Source: Octopus vulgaris
Taxonomy: Eukaryota
DNA: 64,000 nt
Direction of reading: 5' to 3'
Assembly (NCBI GenBank): GCA_951406725.2
Contig: OX597817.1
Location: 176,204,001-176,268,000 of the forward strand
The notes beneath the pieces were generated by a model. The model saw only the letters and a program-made list of their open reading frames with translations. It was not told the DNA's origin and made no database searches. The first letter of the stretch is position 1; each line of letters begins with the position of its first letter. Both the position numbers and the translations under genes were made by a program. Positions 40,546 through 53,978 of the stretch are shown in pieces.

Positions 40546-41309
40546 GTATAAATCCATATGGACTTTTTGTTGTATTTTTAGAAGCTTTAGTTGCTATATG
40601 TGAGGTATATAGAAACTATCAGCTTATCAAATTTCCTCACAACTTCAATATTCGCAAAGTGTGTAGTTCTTGATGCTAATAAATTGTTATTGTTTCTTAT
40701 CATATACTGTCCACATTTTGTTCTTTATACCTGCCATTTACTGCTTGAAACTTACAAACTTCCTTCACTCAGATCCCCAGATCATATATATATATATATA
40801 TATCATCATCATTGTTTAACGTCCGTTCTCCATGCTAGCATGGGCTGGACGGTTCGACCGGGGATCTGTGAAGCCAGAAGGCTGCACCAGGCTCCGGTCT
40901 TATCTGGCAATGTTTCTACAGCTGGATGCCCTTCCTAACGCCAACTACTCCGTTAGTGTAGTGGGTGCTTTTTACGTGCCACCTCCACTGGTGCCAGGCG
41001 AGGCTGGCGTCGGCTACGGTCGGATTGGTGCATTTTACGTGCCACTGGCATGGAAGCCAGTCGAGGCGGCACTGGCCGATGATATATATATATATATATT
41101 GAATGGTTGTGCTATAAAACTATTCTGCACATACAAGAAAGTGGTGCTAGGAGTTACATATACCTTTTAATAACTGTTTGATTCAACTTTGTGTGACCAA
41201 AAGTTTCATGGTAATATAGAATGAACTCATACCATGAGAAATCTGAGCTGAGTCAAACTGTTGAGAATATATACATATGCACACATAGACACATATATAA
41301 ACACACTCA

Positions 41310-41357
<48 letters not shown>

Positions 41358-41495
41358 GCATATCTGATTTGGACCATCAAAAGAAAGGCATGGTCTGTCA
41401 CAAACTGTGCACAAAGAAAATTCACTGAGATTCACCTTCTTGATCACAATGTTCTTTAAATCAGTCTCTCTCTCTCTCTCTCTCTCTTCTCCTCA

Positions 41496-41541
<46 letters not shown>

Positions 41542-41562
41542 CTATCTATCTATCTATTTATC

Positions 41563-41671
<109 letters not shown>

Positions 41672-41737
41672 GGAATTTACCAAAAAACATAAGATGAAGA
41701 CAGGTGTATTAGTTTAATGCCCAGGAAAGTGAGAAAG

Positions 41738-41775
41738 TCTTTAACGTTTCGAGTCTACACTCTTCAACAGAAAGA
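41738..41775 (-). ncRNA. Candidate minimal hammerhead with CUGUUGA core
   Basis: UCUUU-CUGUUGA-AGAGU-GUAG-ACUC-GAAACGUU-AAAGA: stem I UCUUU/AAAGA, stem II GAGU/ACUC, palindromic AACGUU. It has an A6U deviation and lies next to (TA)n. Confidence 0.55.
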
Positions 41776-42103
41776 AACACAAGAAATAAACAGAGAGAGA
41801 ATAAAAAAGCTTTAGTGGCTAGCATTCAATCATGGTGGCTGGCTGGATGGAGGTGGTAAAACAGGAGAGCTAGGAAGTAGGGGAGATAATAGCGTAGTGG
41901 TGATCCCAAAACGAAGGTGTACGTGCATGTGTATGTGAGAGTGTGTGTGTGCATGTAGATTGGGGTTGGTGACCTTGACGTATGGATGTATGCATGTGTA
42001 GATGTGTGGATGATGGTGTGGGTGCTGGGAAGTGGTCATTGCTAGTGTGTGCAGGGTGGTGCAATGTGGTGTGGTGGTGTTTTGTGGTGTGTGTGTGTGT
42101 ACA

Positions 42104-42323
42104 CAAGGGTGGTGGCTGAAAATTCTTGGCTTTTGAGTAAAAGAAAATACGGGAGGATCAGTTGATTATGATTTTACTCAACATATTCCCCTTCACAGGT
42201 TCATACACTTATTACAGCAGTCCTTCAGTTTTTCTAAGCTCTTTAAAAGATCTCATAAAGTTGGGCCTCCAACCAGGCCTTTCACAATACCCTTTAAACT
42301 AGGAACTTTTCAGCACCCCCTTG
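42104..42323. mobile_element. Mariner-type MITE (same family as 31121)
   Basis: TIR-like ends 'gctgaaaattcttgg' / 'aggaacttttcagc'. Shares the internal 'gttgggcctccaaccaggcctttca' in reverse orientation. Confidence 0.7.
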
Positions 42324-42898
42324 AATATGTGTGTGTGTGTGTGTGTGTGTACATAGACAAACCTATAAAGACATATATGTATGTGTGTGTGTGTATGTAT
42401 AGTGTATTTGTGTGGGTTTGTGTGTATAGTGTGACTGAATAATGCTTTGCTGTAGCTGTAAAGAGAACTTACATCATAAAATTACTATAACTACTGATAT
42501 TTAACACTTTAAAAGGTCAAGAGTTGATTTAAACACATCACTGAAAGATCATGAATCATATTTTTGTCAGAAACTATGATTTCTTGTATACTAAAGCTTT
42601 ATAGCGGAGTTGAATAGATCAAGGGGCATTTTATGTCTTCTTTATTACTGAGGAAAAGACAGTAATACTGGTTATGATATAACCAACTTCTTAGCAATTC
42701 CACAAATCTCTGATTTACACACATACATACAGACAGATCCTAAGTAATAAGACTAGAGATACAAATGTACCTATGTGCACAGATACCTAAAAATAAAGTC
42801 ACTAGATTATCAGATACTATCATCTGAATACTTATAAACTCATGCAAAAAAGAAGTCGATGGTATTATTTTAGATTAAGTTATATTTTTTCTTAAAAA

Positions 42899-42956
<58 letters not shown>

Positions 42957-43333
42957 ATATAATAAAAAGGGTAAATAATCTTTTTCGTGGTTTTTTAGAC
43001 AACCAACAATTATTTACCGGTAAATTTCGGTATGTAAATATGACTTTTAGCATCTGGAACTTCTGTAGAGTTCAGTATATATAGTAGTAATTAAAAGGTC
43101 AGGCAACAGGTTGCTCTGCCGCATACTGAAAGAATCAGAAATGGCAGTCAGAGACTGTTTAATTCCATTTTCTACAAGTGGAGGCTCCATATACGACACA
43201 ACCCTGCGATTCACATATGCAAAATCGGAGTAGTAAATAAACGAAAACAATCTCTTGCCGTTAATGGTGAACATATTTCTAGATCGTAGGCTAGAAATTG
43301 CCTAAATTCTTTCGTCGGCACCATATTTGATAG

Positions 43334-43422
<89 letters not shown>

Positions 43423-43426
<4 letters not shown>

Positions 43427-43535
43427 GGTCCCGGGTTGATTCGGGGTTAACCACAGTAAATAAGGTACTCAAGAGCTTCCTGAAGATTTCTCTTGAATGA
43501 AACAGTTCTAGTCCTGTAGAAGCTCCTTCTATATA

Positions 43536-43541
<6 letters not shown>
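43423..43541 (+). mobile_element. Mini remnant of the Naiad pLTR with an internal inversion
   Basis: 'gtaggtcccgggttgattcggggttaaccacagtaaataaggtactcaa' (same orientation as 22378) is fused to the inverted HHR block, all between (TA)n tracts. Confidence 0.85.
43473..43525 (+). ncRNA. Type I hammerhead ribozyme (fourth copy of the Naiad HHR)
   Basis: GAGCUUC-CUGAAGA-...-GAAACAG-UUCUAGUC-CUGUA-GAAGCUC, with a 7-bp stem I. Confidence 0.85.
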
Positions 43542-43624
<83 letters not shown>

Positions 43625-43696
43625 TATTTCATTTGTACATGAAATTATATAATATATATATATACATATATTATGTATTCAGATTATATATATATA

Positions 43697-43753
<57 letters not shown>

Positions 43754-44311
43754 GTATATTATTACTTATATATAGGTAATAATTTTATATTTGGGTATAC
43801 ACCTTGTACACTCTTTAAAGCTTGTTCACAGTATTCGGTTATCTGATGCCAACAACAGTCTGGATGTATATTCCACTTGATTTACTTGAGGAACCCCTTA
43901 CGTAGTTTTTATAAAGGCATGAGAGACAGAAAATGGAAATTACAAGACTATTCACAACTATTGTTTTGACCCATCATGCAGGTGAGATGCTGCACAAATA
44001 TTTGTAGTGCATCACAGGTGCAGATGTGTCTGTCCCCTCAGGTGATTTATACATATATATGTATATGTATACATGTGTGTGTGTGTGTGTGTGTTTGTTA
44101 TAGTATATTATAATATAGGTGCAGGCATGGTTGTGTGGTAAGAAGTTTGCTTCCCAACCACATGGTTCTGGGTTCAGTCTCACTGCATGCCACTTTGGAC
44201 AAGCTACTATAGCTTCAGACTGACCAAAGTCTTGTGAGTGGATTTGGTAGATGAAAACCGAAAGGAGGCCATCATGTGCGTGTGTGTGTGTATATATATA
44301 TGTGTATCTCT

Positions 44312-44545
44312 AAGGTGGTGAGCTGGCAGAAACGTTAGCACACCAGGCGAAATGCTTAGCGGTATTTCGTTTGTCATTACGTTCTTAGTTCAAATTCTGC
44401 CGAGGTCGACTTTGCCTTTCATCTTTTCAGGGTCGATAAATAAAGTACCAGTTTCGCACTGGGATCGATGTAATCAACTTAATCCCTTTGTCTGTCCTTG
44501 TTTGTCCCCTCTATCTTTACTACCCTTGTGGGTAGTAAAGAAATA
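44312..44545 (+). mobile_element. Family-B SINE
   Basis: ggtggtgagctggcagaaacgttagc...gttcaaattctgccgaggtcgactttgcctttcatc. Confidence 0.75.
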
Positions 44546-45429
44546 TATATATATGTGTGTCTTTGTGTCTGTGTTCCCTGTCATTGATAAAAAACTATTG
44601 TTGGTATTTTTGTGTCCCTAAAACTAAGCAGTTTTTATGTCTCTTAACTTAGCAGGGGATAAGTCGATTACATCATCTCAAAAGGATGAAAAGCAAAGTT
44701 GACCTTTGCAGAATTTGAATTCAGAATATAAAAACAGACAAAACCTCACTAACCATTTTACCCAACATGTTAATGATTCTGCCAGTTTACCAGCTTGATC
44801 TTGTCCTAATATTATCATGCTAATTGTAGACAAAATTTACTGTCATCCAAATTGTGTTGTTTGTTTGCAATCCTTTGCGAAAGCCTGACTCTTGACCTCT
44901 CACCCATGTCATTCCGTCACCGCATCATTTTCTATTTAGCTGGGACCGTGCACCAGCCACCCATCTTATCTGTAACCCTAAGCAGGTTATTTCATAGGAA
45001 TTCCAAGTTATTTGTCTCTTTACTCTTTTACTCGTTTCAGTCATTTGACTGTGGCCATTCTGGAGCATCGCCTTTAGTCGAGCGAATTGATCCCAGGACT
45101 TATTCTTTGTAAGCCTAGTACTTATTCTATCAGTCTCTTTTGCCGAATCGCTAAGTTACGGGGGTGTAAGCACACCAGCATTGGTTGTCAAGCGATGTTG
45201 GGGGGACAAACACAGACACACAAACATGTACACACACATACATATATATATATATATACATATATACGACAGGCTTCTGTCAGTTTCTGTGTACCAAATC
45301 CACTCACTCGAGGCTATAGTAGAAGACACTTTCCCAAGGTGACACGCAGTGGGACTGAACCCGGAACCATGTGGTTCTTAATCAAGCTACTTACCGCACA
45401 GCCACTCCTCTATTAGAGGTCTCTATATT

Positions 45430-45960
45430 CTTCTTCCTATAGTCATGCACATGAATTAAATATTTCTCTAAACCTATTCCCAACTGCAGATTTTTATAGC
45501 TTCCATGCCTTCTCACTGCATATCATCTTTTCTCTTTGTGTCTACCAGACTTTAACTCTGAAGTTACCATCCACTGATCTATATCATGTAATTATTCTGC
45601 ACCAGAAAAGCTTTTGGTATTTACATTGACCTATCTGCTCCATTTCCTGGTAAGAATAACATCCAAATTAGTTGGTAATAAGATGTTTGACTAGTTCCTT
45701 GAAGTATGTATTGCAAATGATCAGATTAGCTGCATCACAAAACTCCAAAAGACCTTACACCCTCTTCATTTCTTATAACTTGATCTATGGCTATCACAAA
45801 AGTTATGACAGTGTTGACCAACATGCATGTTGATAATGAACCAGACCCTATACTGAAGTATTTGACTATTGTTTTTGAGGAAGTCTTAAGAGGGATGTCT
45901 TTTATTCTTCTGTCAATCCTGACTGTAGGATGCACATTAAAATATGTGACTGTTGAGTTA
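45430..45960 (-). pseudogene. Highly decayed APE endonuclease of an RTE-type LINE
   Basis: The minus strand reads ..NMHVG.., RNEEG, and (after a frameshift) LLEFCDAANLIICNTYFK..HLIT. These match the APE DFNxHVG / NxNG / NTxF motifs. Confidence 0.6.
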
Positions 45961-46086
45961 TCCATAAGAAATCTTGATTTAATTATCTTATTGTATATCT
46001 ATTAGTTTATTCATTTCACAGCTAACGATATGCCTGCCTCACCATACTATCACATTTATGTGTGTGTGTATGTATATATATGTATA

Positions 46087-46142
<56 letters not shown>

Positions 46143-46199
46143 CAAGACGCCCCCCCCCACCGTCCAATGGATGGTGCTGAGTTATCAAACATTTAAACC

Positions 46200-46509
46200 A
46201 AATTTTCTCAGAACAACTTGTCCGACAGTCCTATAGGCCTCCCCTTTGAGAAACACTGATTTAGCCTAAATTTGAGACACCAGCAAAAGAAGAAATAAAG
46301 ATAGACTTTTTTTCTATTCCAAAGAAAAACGATTTTATTCACTTTATTGATTGCATTCTCACCTGTAATTTTTGTAATTTTTTCAAGACTTATACACGCC
46401 CTGATACCATCAGTATCTACATATCAAATTTGAGCGCAATCGGATGGAGGATGCCCGAGATCCTAGAAGACACACACACTGACAGACAGAACGGATTTTA
46501 TATAATAGA
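46200..46509 (-). mobile_element. Helitron-like non-autonomous element, 5' part
   Basis: The minus strand starts TCTATTATATAAAA, then a (CTGT)n/(GT)n tract and 'ccgattgcgctcaaatttg', the layout of invertebrate non-autonomous Helitrons. Confidence 0.45.
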
Positions 46510-46525
46510 TATACATGTATATTTA

Positions 46526-47075
46526 CAAGGGTGAGTCAAAAAGTAATGCCATTTTGTTTAGGACAGATATAATTACCAACACAGGAACATGTATCATACA
46601 TCAAAATGAAGCTGGTCCTCTGTGGATCACATCCCTACTTCTCAACATAGTCGCTGTTTCTCTCAATAGCAATGTTCCACCCTCGAATGAGAGCATGTAT
46701 TCCGGCCCCGTAAAATTCTGTTGACTGTCCTTTGAACCACTTCTTCACTACAGTTTTCCCTTCCTTATCACTGGAATAATGTTTGCCTCTCAAACCCTCT
46801 TTCATGGGGCTGAAGAGATGATAGTCCAGTGACGAGGAAGTGAAAAGTGTAGTAAAGAAATGGCTCAAAAGAACAGTCAACAGAATTTTACGGGGCTGAG
46901 ATACTTGCTCTCATTCAAAGGTGGAACATTGCTATTGAAAAAAACTGTGACTATGTTGAGAAATAGGGATGTAATCCACAGAGGACCAGCTTCATTTTGA
47001 TGTATGACACATTTTCCAGTGTTGGTAATTGTACATGTCCTAAACAAAATGGCATTACTTTTTGACTCACCCTTG
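46526..47075. mobile_element. Palindromic mariner MITE made of two transposase 3' ends
   Basis: CAAGGGTGAGTCAAAAAGTAATGCC...GGCATTACTTTTTGACTCACCCTTG with about 250-bp arms. ORF 46635..46880 reads DYHLFSPMKEGLRGKHY...DYVEK*, a mariner C-terminus. Confidence 0.88.
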
Positions 47076-47077
47076 CA

Positions 47078-47125
<48 letters not shown>

Positions 47126-48425
47126 TATATGTATGTATGTGTGAAGGCCCAGTGGTTAAGGTGTTGTGCTCACGATTGCAAGATCGAGGGTTTGATTCCC
47201 AGACCGGGTATTACATCGTGCTCTTGAGCAAAGCACTTCATTTCACATTGCTTTGCGATCATTTTGCCATCTGGCATGTGGCACCCAATTGCACCTGTAG
47301 AGGTAATGCCAATTTGATGGAGGGATTGAGCTTATGTGTACACATACATTTGATCACTATAAGCAAATCATCTGTGTGGTTGTTTGATAAGAAATTGTCG
47401 AACCCTCATATGTCATCTAACGATGGGAGATTCCATAATATATATATATATACATAAAGGTAAGATCCCCATGTTCAAGGTGTAGGAAGCTATTAAGCTT
47501 TGAACAATCCATAAAAGTTATAAAAAACAATTTTCAGGAACATTAGTGGTTTGTAGTGGTTGTAAATTTTTCCCATATCAAGGTTTGATGAGCTGAAAAA
47601 AGTTATTTTCTAGTTCAGTTAGCAGCTGAGGTTGCTGTGTATATGAATAAAAATGCAAAGTTAGGGAATGGAGTAGATCTGGATTTTATCTACTTCATTC
47701 CCTAAATTTTGGATATGTGTGTGTGTGTATGCATGTATGTGTGTGCGTATGTGTGCATGTGTGTGCGTGTGTGTGTACGCGCGCGCGTGTGTGTGCGTGT
47801 GTGTGTGTGTGTGCGTGCATATATGTACATGTATATATCTTTCAGCTTTTACTTGTTTCAGTAACTTGACTGCTATCATGCTGAAGGGTTTTAGTCGAAC
47901 AAATCTACCCCAGGACTTTTTTGTTTTTCAAGCGTAGTACTTACTTCATCGGTCTCTTTTGCCAAACTGTCTAAGTTACAAGGACATAAACACACCAACA
48001 CCAGTTGTTAAGCAGTGCAGTGGGGTAGGATAAACACACACTCACACATACAGGTTCATTGCTTCCAACATTAATACCATATCGCCTGAGGAAATGAATA
48101 CATGAACTATGATCCACCCTATGTCCATGGACGTTATGGACTGTACTGTAATTATCCTAGGAATATGGACTATGATCATAAGAAGCATGTGATTCTTGGA
48201 AATGCACATAACGATGCATCAAAATATTTATAAATTCTATCCATGGATTATTACTATATTTGTCCTACATTATATCGGCACAGCTTGGTACAACCCCATA
48301 AATCTGCTATTACAAGTTGGTGTCATTAGGTTGAATCCAACATAACAAAGTGGAGTTGTGGGGTACTGCACGAGTGGAATTATATACGAAAGAAGGTTTG
48401 AAAATGCAATTTAAAAAATGTTTAT

Positions 48426-48470
48426 TTACTTTACCGGTTTCACTCTTTGGAAAAAGATTGTCAAAAGTAA
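48426..48470 (-). ncRNA. Type I hammerhead variant with compensatory U3-A8 core
   Basis: UUACUU-UUGACAA-UCUUU-UUCC-AAAGA-GU-GAA-ACCGGU-A-AAGUAA: 6-bp stem I, palindromic ACCGGU loop III, GUA site. Sits at the pLTR end. Confidence 0.7.
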
Positions 48471-49529
48471 CAGGTGGAAGTTTGGTTGTGTTAATTATTG
48501 GTTGTTGCAAATTGCTACATTACATATATATATATACAATCTTTGGTAAAAGGGACATGTTAAGGACATAAAAAGTTCAACAAGTTCCTTAAAATATTGG
48601 GCAAAAAAGATTACATAAATAATCGTTCTCAAGGACATACTTAAGATAGTTTCCAGAAGTAATTGATATTGGTACTGTATCTGTATATTCAAACATGCAC
48701 AGAATATTGGTTGACACAGAGTATTATAATCCATATAAATATACAGTCTTTGGTGACAACAGTATGTTGAGAATATAAAAAAGTTTAACAAGCTCATTGA
48801 AATAATGGGCAGAAAAGATTAAAACAAATATATTATACATCTCAGGGTAATTTCCAGGAGGAATTATTAAAAAAGTTCAGTATACACATACAGAATATTA
48901 TGAGTTCAAAAAGATTTACATTATTGTAGTGGTGAAGTTGTCACTAACCTGTCCGTTTTAGGAGAAATGTGGAATTGAAAAGAATGTACCCTTTTTTTCT
49001 TTTTTTTGGCTCTCCTTCAAGCATCAATGATTTTGGGGTTAGGATAAGGTGAGTATGTGTGTATGTGTGTGTGCATAAATATACATGTGGTGTGAATAGA
49101 TGTGTCTGTGTGTCTGTAGTATTTGGTCGGATGGTGTCTGTTTGTCAACCGCATGTGTGGTTGTCATGGTGTTGTGTGTGTGTGTGTGCGTGTGTATGCA
49201 CGTATGTGTGTGGATGACATTTGACATGGTGCTGCGTGTGTATATATGTGCCCGTATAGAGGTGAGATTGGTGTGAGTGTATGTGTCCCTGTGTGCGTGC
49301 ACATACACGCATACATGTGTCTGTGTGTGTTTTTGATTGGTTCCAGGGTGGTGTAAATGGATGTGTGTTGTTTAAAGAATTTTTGGGGGTAGGATGGTGC
49401 GTGTATATGTGTGCCCGCCCGTGTGCGTCTACGCGTGTGTGCGGGCCATACACACACACTACATATACATATATATACACACACACACACACATCATACA
49501 CATACATACCACACACACACACACACACA

Positions 49530-49584
<55 letters not shown>

Positions 49585-50119
49585 TACAAAACACACACAC
49601 ACACAATGCACACACACACACACATAACACACACACACACAACACACGCACACATACATACATAATATATATACAACACATATACACCTAACACATATAT
49701 ACATACAATACACATAAACAGCATGTATATAATACACATACACAATATATACATATAACATACATACACAATACATACATATAATATATATATATAGACA
49801 ATGCATATACATATATACATATATATAATGTTTACATACACATACATAAATATACCACATATACACACAATATACATACATACAATGTATATATATACAC
49901 ATACACATACATATAACATATATACACATAACATACACATACACAATGCATACATATATATACATATAATGTATATACATGTATACATGCATATACAACA
50001 CACATACAATATACATATATACAATGCATATATACACATACATATACACATAATGTACACATACATATACAACACACATACATATAATATACATATACAC
50101 AATGCACATACATATAATG

Positions 50120-50159
<40 letters not shown>

Positions 50160-50587
50160 CACACATATATATAATGCACACACACACACAATATGCATAC
50201 ATATAATGTACACACACATATATATATACATACCACACACACACACAAACAATGCATTCACATATACACATATACAATGCATACACATACATATATATAC
50301 AACACACACATATATATATATAACATATATACACATATAAATACATACACACACACACAATGCACACACACACACACACATAACGCACACACACACACAC
50401 AACACACACATACAAACATAACATATATATATATAATGCATGCGTGTGTGTGCCGCGTATGTGTGTGGTCAATGTCTGCTAGTGTGCTCTATATGTGCTG
50501 ATGCGTGCATGTGTCTGCTTGCATGATACGGTGCGAGTGTGTGTGTGTGTTTGTGTGTTTGTTCTGGATGTGTGCCTGGGGGGTATG

Positions 50588-51577
50588 TTAGAGTATGTTA
50601 AGTTGTGGTCTGTATTTTTGAATAAGATTACTTTCCATATTTATTCGTGTTTGGTCTGTGGTGTTGTCCGAGCATTGGTATAGTGGGAAGACTAAGAATT
50701 TGGGGGACTTATTGTGTGCACAAAGGTCTAATTGTCCACTTAGTAGTATCTGTCTTGTGGAGGGGTCCCTCAGTTGTTGTCGGTGAACTGTCATTCTTTC
50801 TCTGAGGGTAAGGCTCGTTTGCCCTATGTAGTCTTCGTGGCACCCTTCACACCTTATGACATAGAGTAAATTTTTTGATGCGCACGTGAAATTATTTTTT
50901 ATGATGAATGTGTGTCCCGACCGGAACTTGTACGTCGATCCCTCAATGAGGTGGATGCAAGTCCTGCAGTTGGGGCGACCACATTTTTTGATGGTGGGCG
51001 GTGGGTTTGTGTTGTGTAATTTTGCATTGGTGAGGAGGTTTTTTAGGGATTTAGGTTGTCTCTTACTTTTTATTATTTTATGAGCTGCCAGTAATTTTTT
51101 CAGGCGTGGGTCTTGATTTAGCTGTGGAATGTTGTTGTATATAATAGTGTAAGCTTCTGCATTCCTTGGATTGTGTGTTGAGAGATAGGGGCGGCCATTT
51201 ACTGTACTGTGGATGTGTTTAGGTTTTTGTAAGTCTTGAGTGTTAATTGATTTGGCCCATTCTATTCCGTTGTCTACTAGTGATGCCGGGTAATGTCTTT
51301 CGAGAAGAATTGCCCTTAGTTCCCGGAGTCTTCTATTTCATGTTGTGTCATTTGAGACAATTGTGCAGATTCTTCTCGCTAGGTTGAAGGGGATATTTGT
51401 CTTTGTGTGTTTTGGGTGATTGGAGGTGAATAGAAGGTATTGTTTAGAGTCAGTGGGTTTGTAATGGATGTCAGTTTCAATGTTGACGCCTTTTTTAATG
51501 ATTAGAATGTCAAGAAAAGGGAGTTGGTCCTGACTATATTCCATTGTGAATTGAATGTGGTTATTTACACTGTTGAT
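50588..51577 (-). pseudogene. Neptune-type PLE RT C-terminus plus GIY-YIG endonuclease
   Basis: Stop at 51338-51340 and a probable frameshift near 51190. Continues KRQPKSL, CGRPNCRTC, FTCASKNLLYVIRCEGCHEDYIGQT, RMTVH and E..LIQKYRPQLN. Confidence 0.85.
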
Positions 51578-53294
51578 AAGGTACCCACCGCCCACCATCA
51601 AAAAATGTGGTCGCCCCAACTGCAGGACTTGCATCCACCTCATTGAGGGATTGACGTACAAGTTCCACTCGGGACACACATTCATCATAAAAAATAATTT
51701 CACGTGCGCATCAAAAAATTTACTCTACGTCATGAGGTGTGAAGGGTGCCACGAAGACTACATAGGGCAAACATTGTATGTATGTATATTGTGTGTATAT
51801 GTGGTATATTTATGTATGTGTATGTAAACATTATATATATGCATATATGTATATGCATTGTCTATATATATATATTATATGTATGTATTGTGTATGTATG
51901 TTATATGTATATATTGTGTATGTGTATTATATATATGCTGTGTATGTGTATTGTATGTATATATGTGTTAGGTGTATATGTGTTGTATATATATTATGTA
52001 TGTATGTTTGCGTGTGTTGTGTGTGTGTGTGTTATGTGTGTGTGTTGTGTGTGTGTGTGTTATATGTGTGTATATTATATATAAATATATGTTATATTTG
52101 TGTGTTGTGTGTGTGTATTATATGTGTGTGCATTGTGTGTGTGTGTGTGTTTTGTATGTATGTTGTGTGTGTGTGTGTGTATATTATGTGTGTTTGTGTG
52201 TGTGTGTGTGTGTTGTGTGTGATGTGTGTGTATGTGTGTGGTATGTATGTGTATGATCTGTGTGTGTGTGTGTGTGTTTATATATATGTATATGTAGTGT
52301 GTGTGTATGGCCCGCACACACGCGTAGACGCACACGGGCGGGCACACATATACACGCACCATCCTACCCCAAAAAATTCTTTAAACAACACACATCCATT
52401 TACACCACCCTGGAACCAATCAAAAACACACACAGACACATGTATGCGTGTATGTGCACGCACACAGGGACACATACACTCACACCAATCTCACCTCTAT
52501 ACGGGCACATATATACACGCGCAGCACCATGTCAAATGTCATCCACACACATACGTGCGTACACACGCACACACACACACAACACCATGACAACCACACA
52601 CGCGGTTGACAAACAGACACCATCCGACCAAATACTACAGACACACAGACACATCTATTCACACCACATGTATATTTATGCACACATACATACACACAGA
52701 GACACACATACTCACCTTATCCTAACCCCAAAATCATTGATGCTTGAAGGAGAGCCAAAAAAAGAAAAAAAGGGTACATTCTTTTCAATTCCACATTTCT
52801 CCTAAAATGGACAGGTTAGTGACAACTTCACCACTACAATAATGTAAATCTTTTTGAACTCATAATATTCTGTATGTGTATACTGAACTTTTTTTAATAA
52901 TTCCTCCTGGAAATTACCCTGAGATGTATAATATATTTGTTTTAATCTTTTCTGCCCATTATTTCAATGAGCTTGTTAAACTTTTTTATATTCTCAACAT
53001 ACTGTTGTCACCAAAGACTGTATATTTATATGGATTATAGTACTCTGTGTCAACCAATATTCTGTGCATGTTTGAATATACAGATACAGTACCAATATCA
53101 ATTACTTCTGGAAACTATCTTAAGTATGTCCTTGAGAACGATTATTTATGTAATCTTTTTTGCCCAATATTTTAAGGAACTTGTTGAACTTTTTTATGTC
53201 CTTAACATGTCCCTTTTACCAAAGATTGTATATATATATATGTAATGTAGCAATTTGCAACAACCAATAATTAACACAACCAAACTTCCACCTG

Positions 53295-53339
53295 TTACTT
53301 TTGACAATCTTTTTCCAAAGAGTGAAACCGGTAAAGTAA
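53295..53339 (+). ncRNA. Type I hammerhead variant with U3-A8 core (inverted arm copy)
   Basis: Identical to 48426-48470 in reverse complement. Confidence 0.7.
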
Positions 53340-53378
53340 ATAAACATCTTTTAAATTGCATTTTCAAACCTTCTTTCG

Positions 53379-53412
<34 letters not shown>

Positions 53413-53942
53413 ATCGGCTTCTTTCAGTTTCTGTCTACCAAATCTACTCACAAGGCTTTGGTCTACCCAAAGCTATAGTAGAAGACATCTGTAGAAGGTG
53501 TCACACAGTAGGATTGAACCCAAACACATGCAGTTGGGAAGCAAGCTTCTTACCACACAGCTGTGCCTGCTCCTATATGTATATGTATCAACAGCAATAT
53601 AAAAATCAAATCAAATGGAAATTGTAGTTGTGACCCCCATGCCAGTAGCACATAAAAAGCACCATCCGAACGTGGCCGTTGCCAGTGCTGCTTTGACAGG
53701 CTTCCATGCCAGTGGCACGTAAAAAGCACCATCTGATTGCAGTCAATGCCAGCTCCTCTGGCCTCTGTGCTGGTGGCATGTAAAAAACACCCACTACACT
53801 CTCGGAGTGATTGGTGTTAGGAAGAGCATCCAGCTGTATAAAAACATAGCCAGATCAAATTGGGGCCTGGTGCAGCCTCCTGGCTTCCCAGACCCCAGTC
53901 GAACCGTCCAATCCATGCCAGCATGGAAAACAGACGTTAAAC

Positions 53943-53978
<36 letters not shown>

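Larger units (their letters stand above)
48381..53384 (-). mobile_element. Penelope-like retroelement (Neptune-type), 5'-truncated, with inverted pseudo-LTR arms
   Basis: Minus-strand RT thumb (IQFTME, LPFLDILI, HYKPTD..QYL), CxxxxCxxC linker and LLYVIRC..C...YIGQT GIY-YIG. Inverted arms 48381-49888 and 51771-53384, plus an inner inversion 50817-51005 / 51584-51772. Confidence 0.9.

Noticed and set aside
48083-48115. CUGAGGA-AAUG..CAU-GAAC motif
   Set aside because: GAAA is incomplete and the stems do not close.
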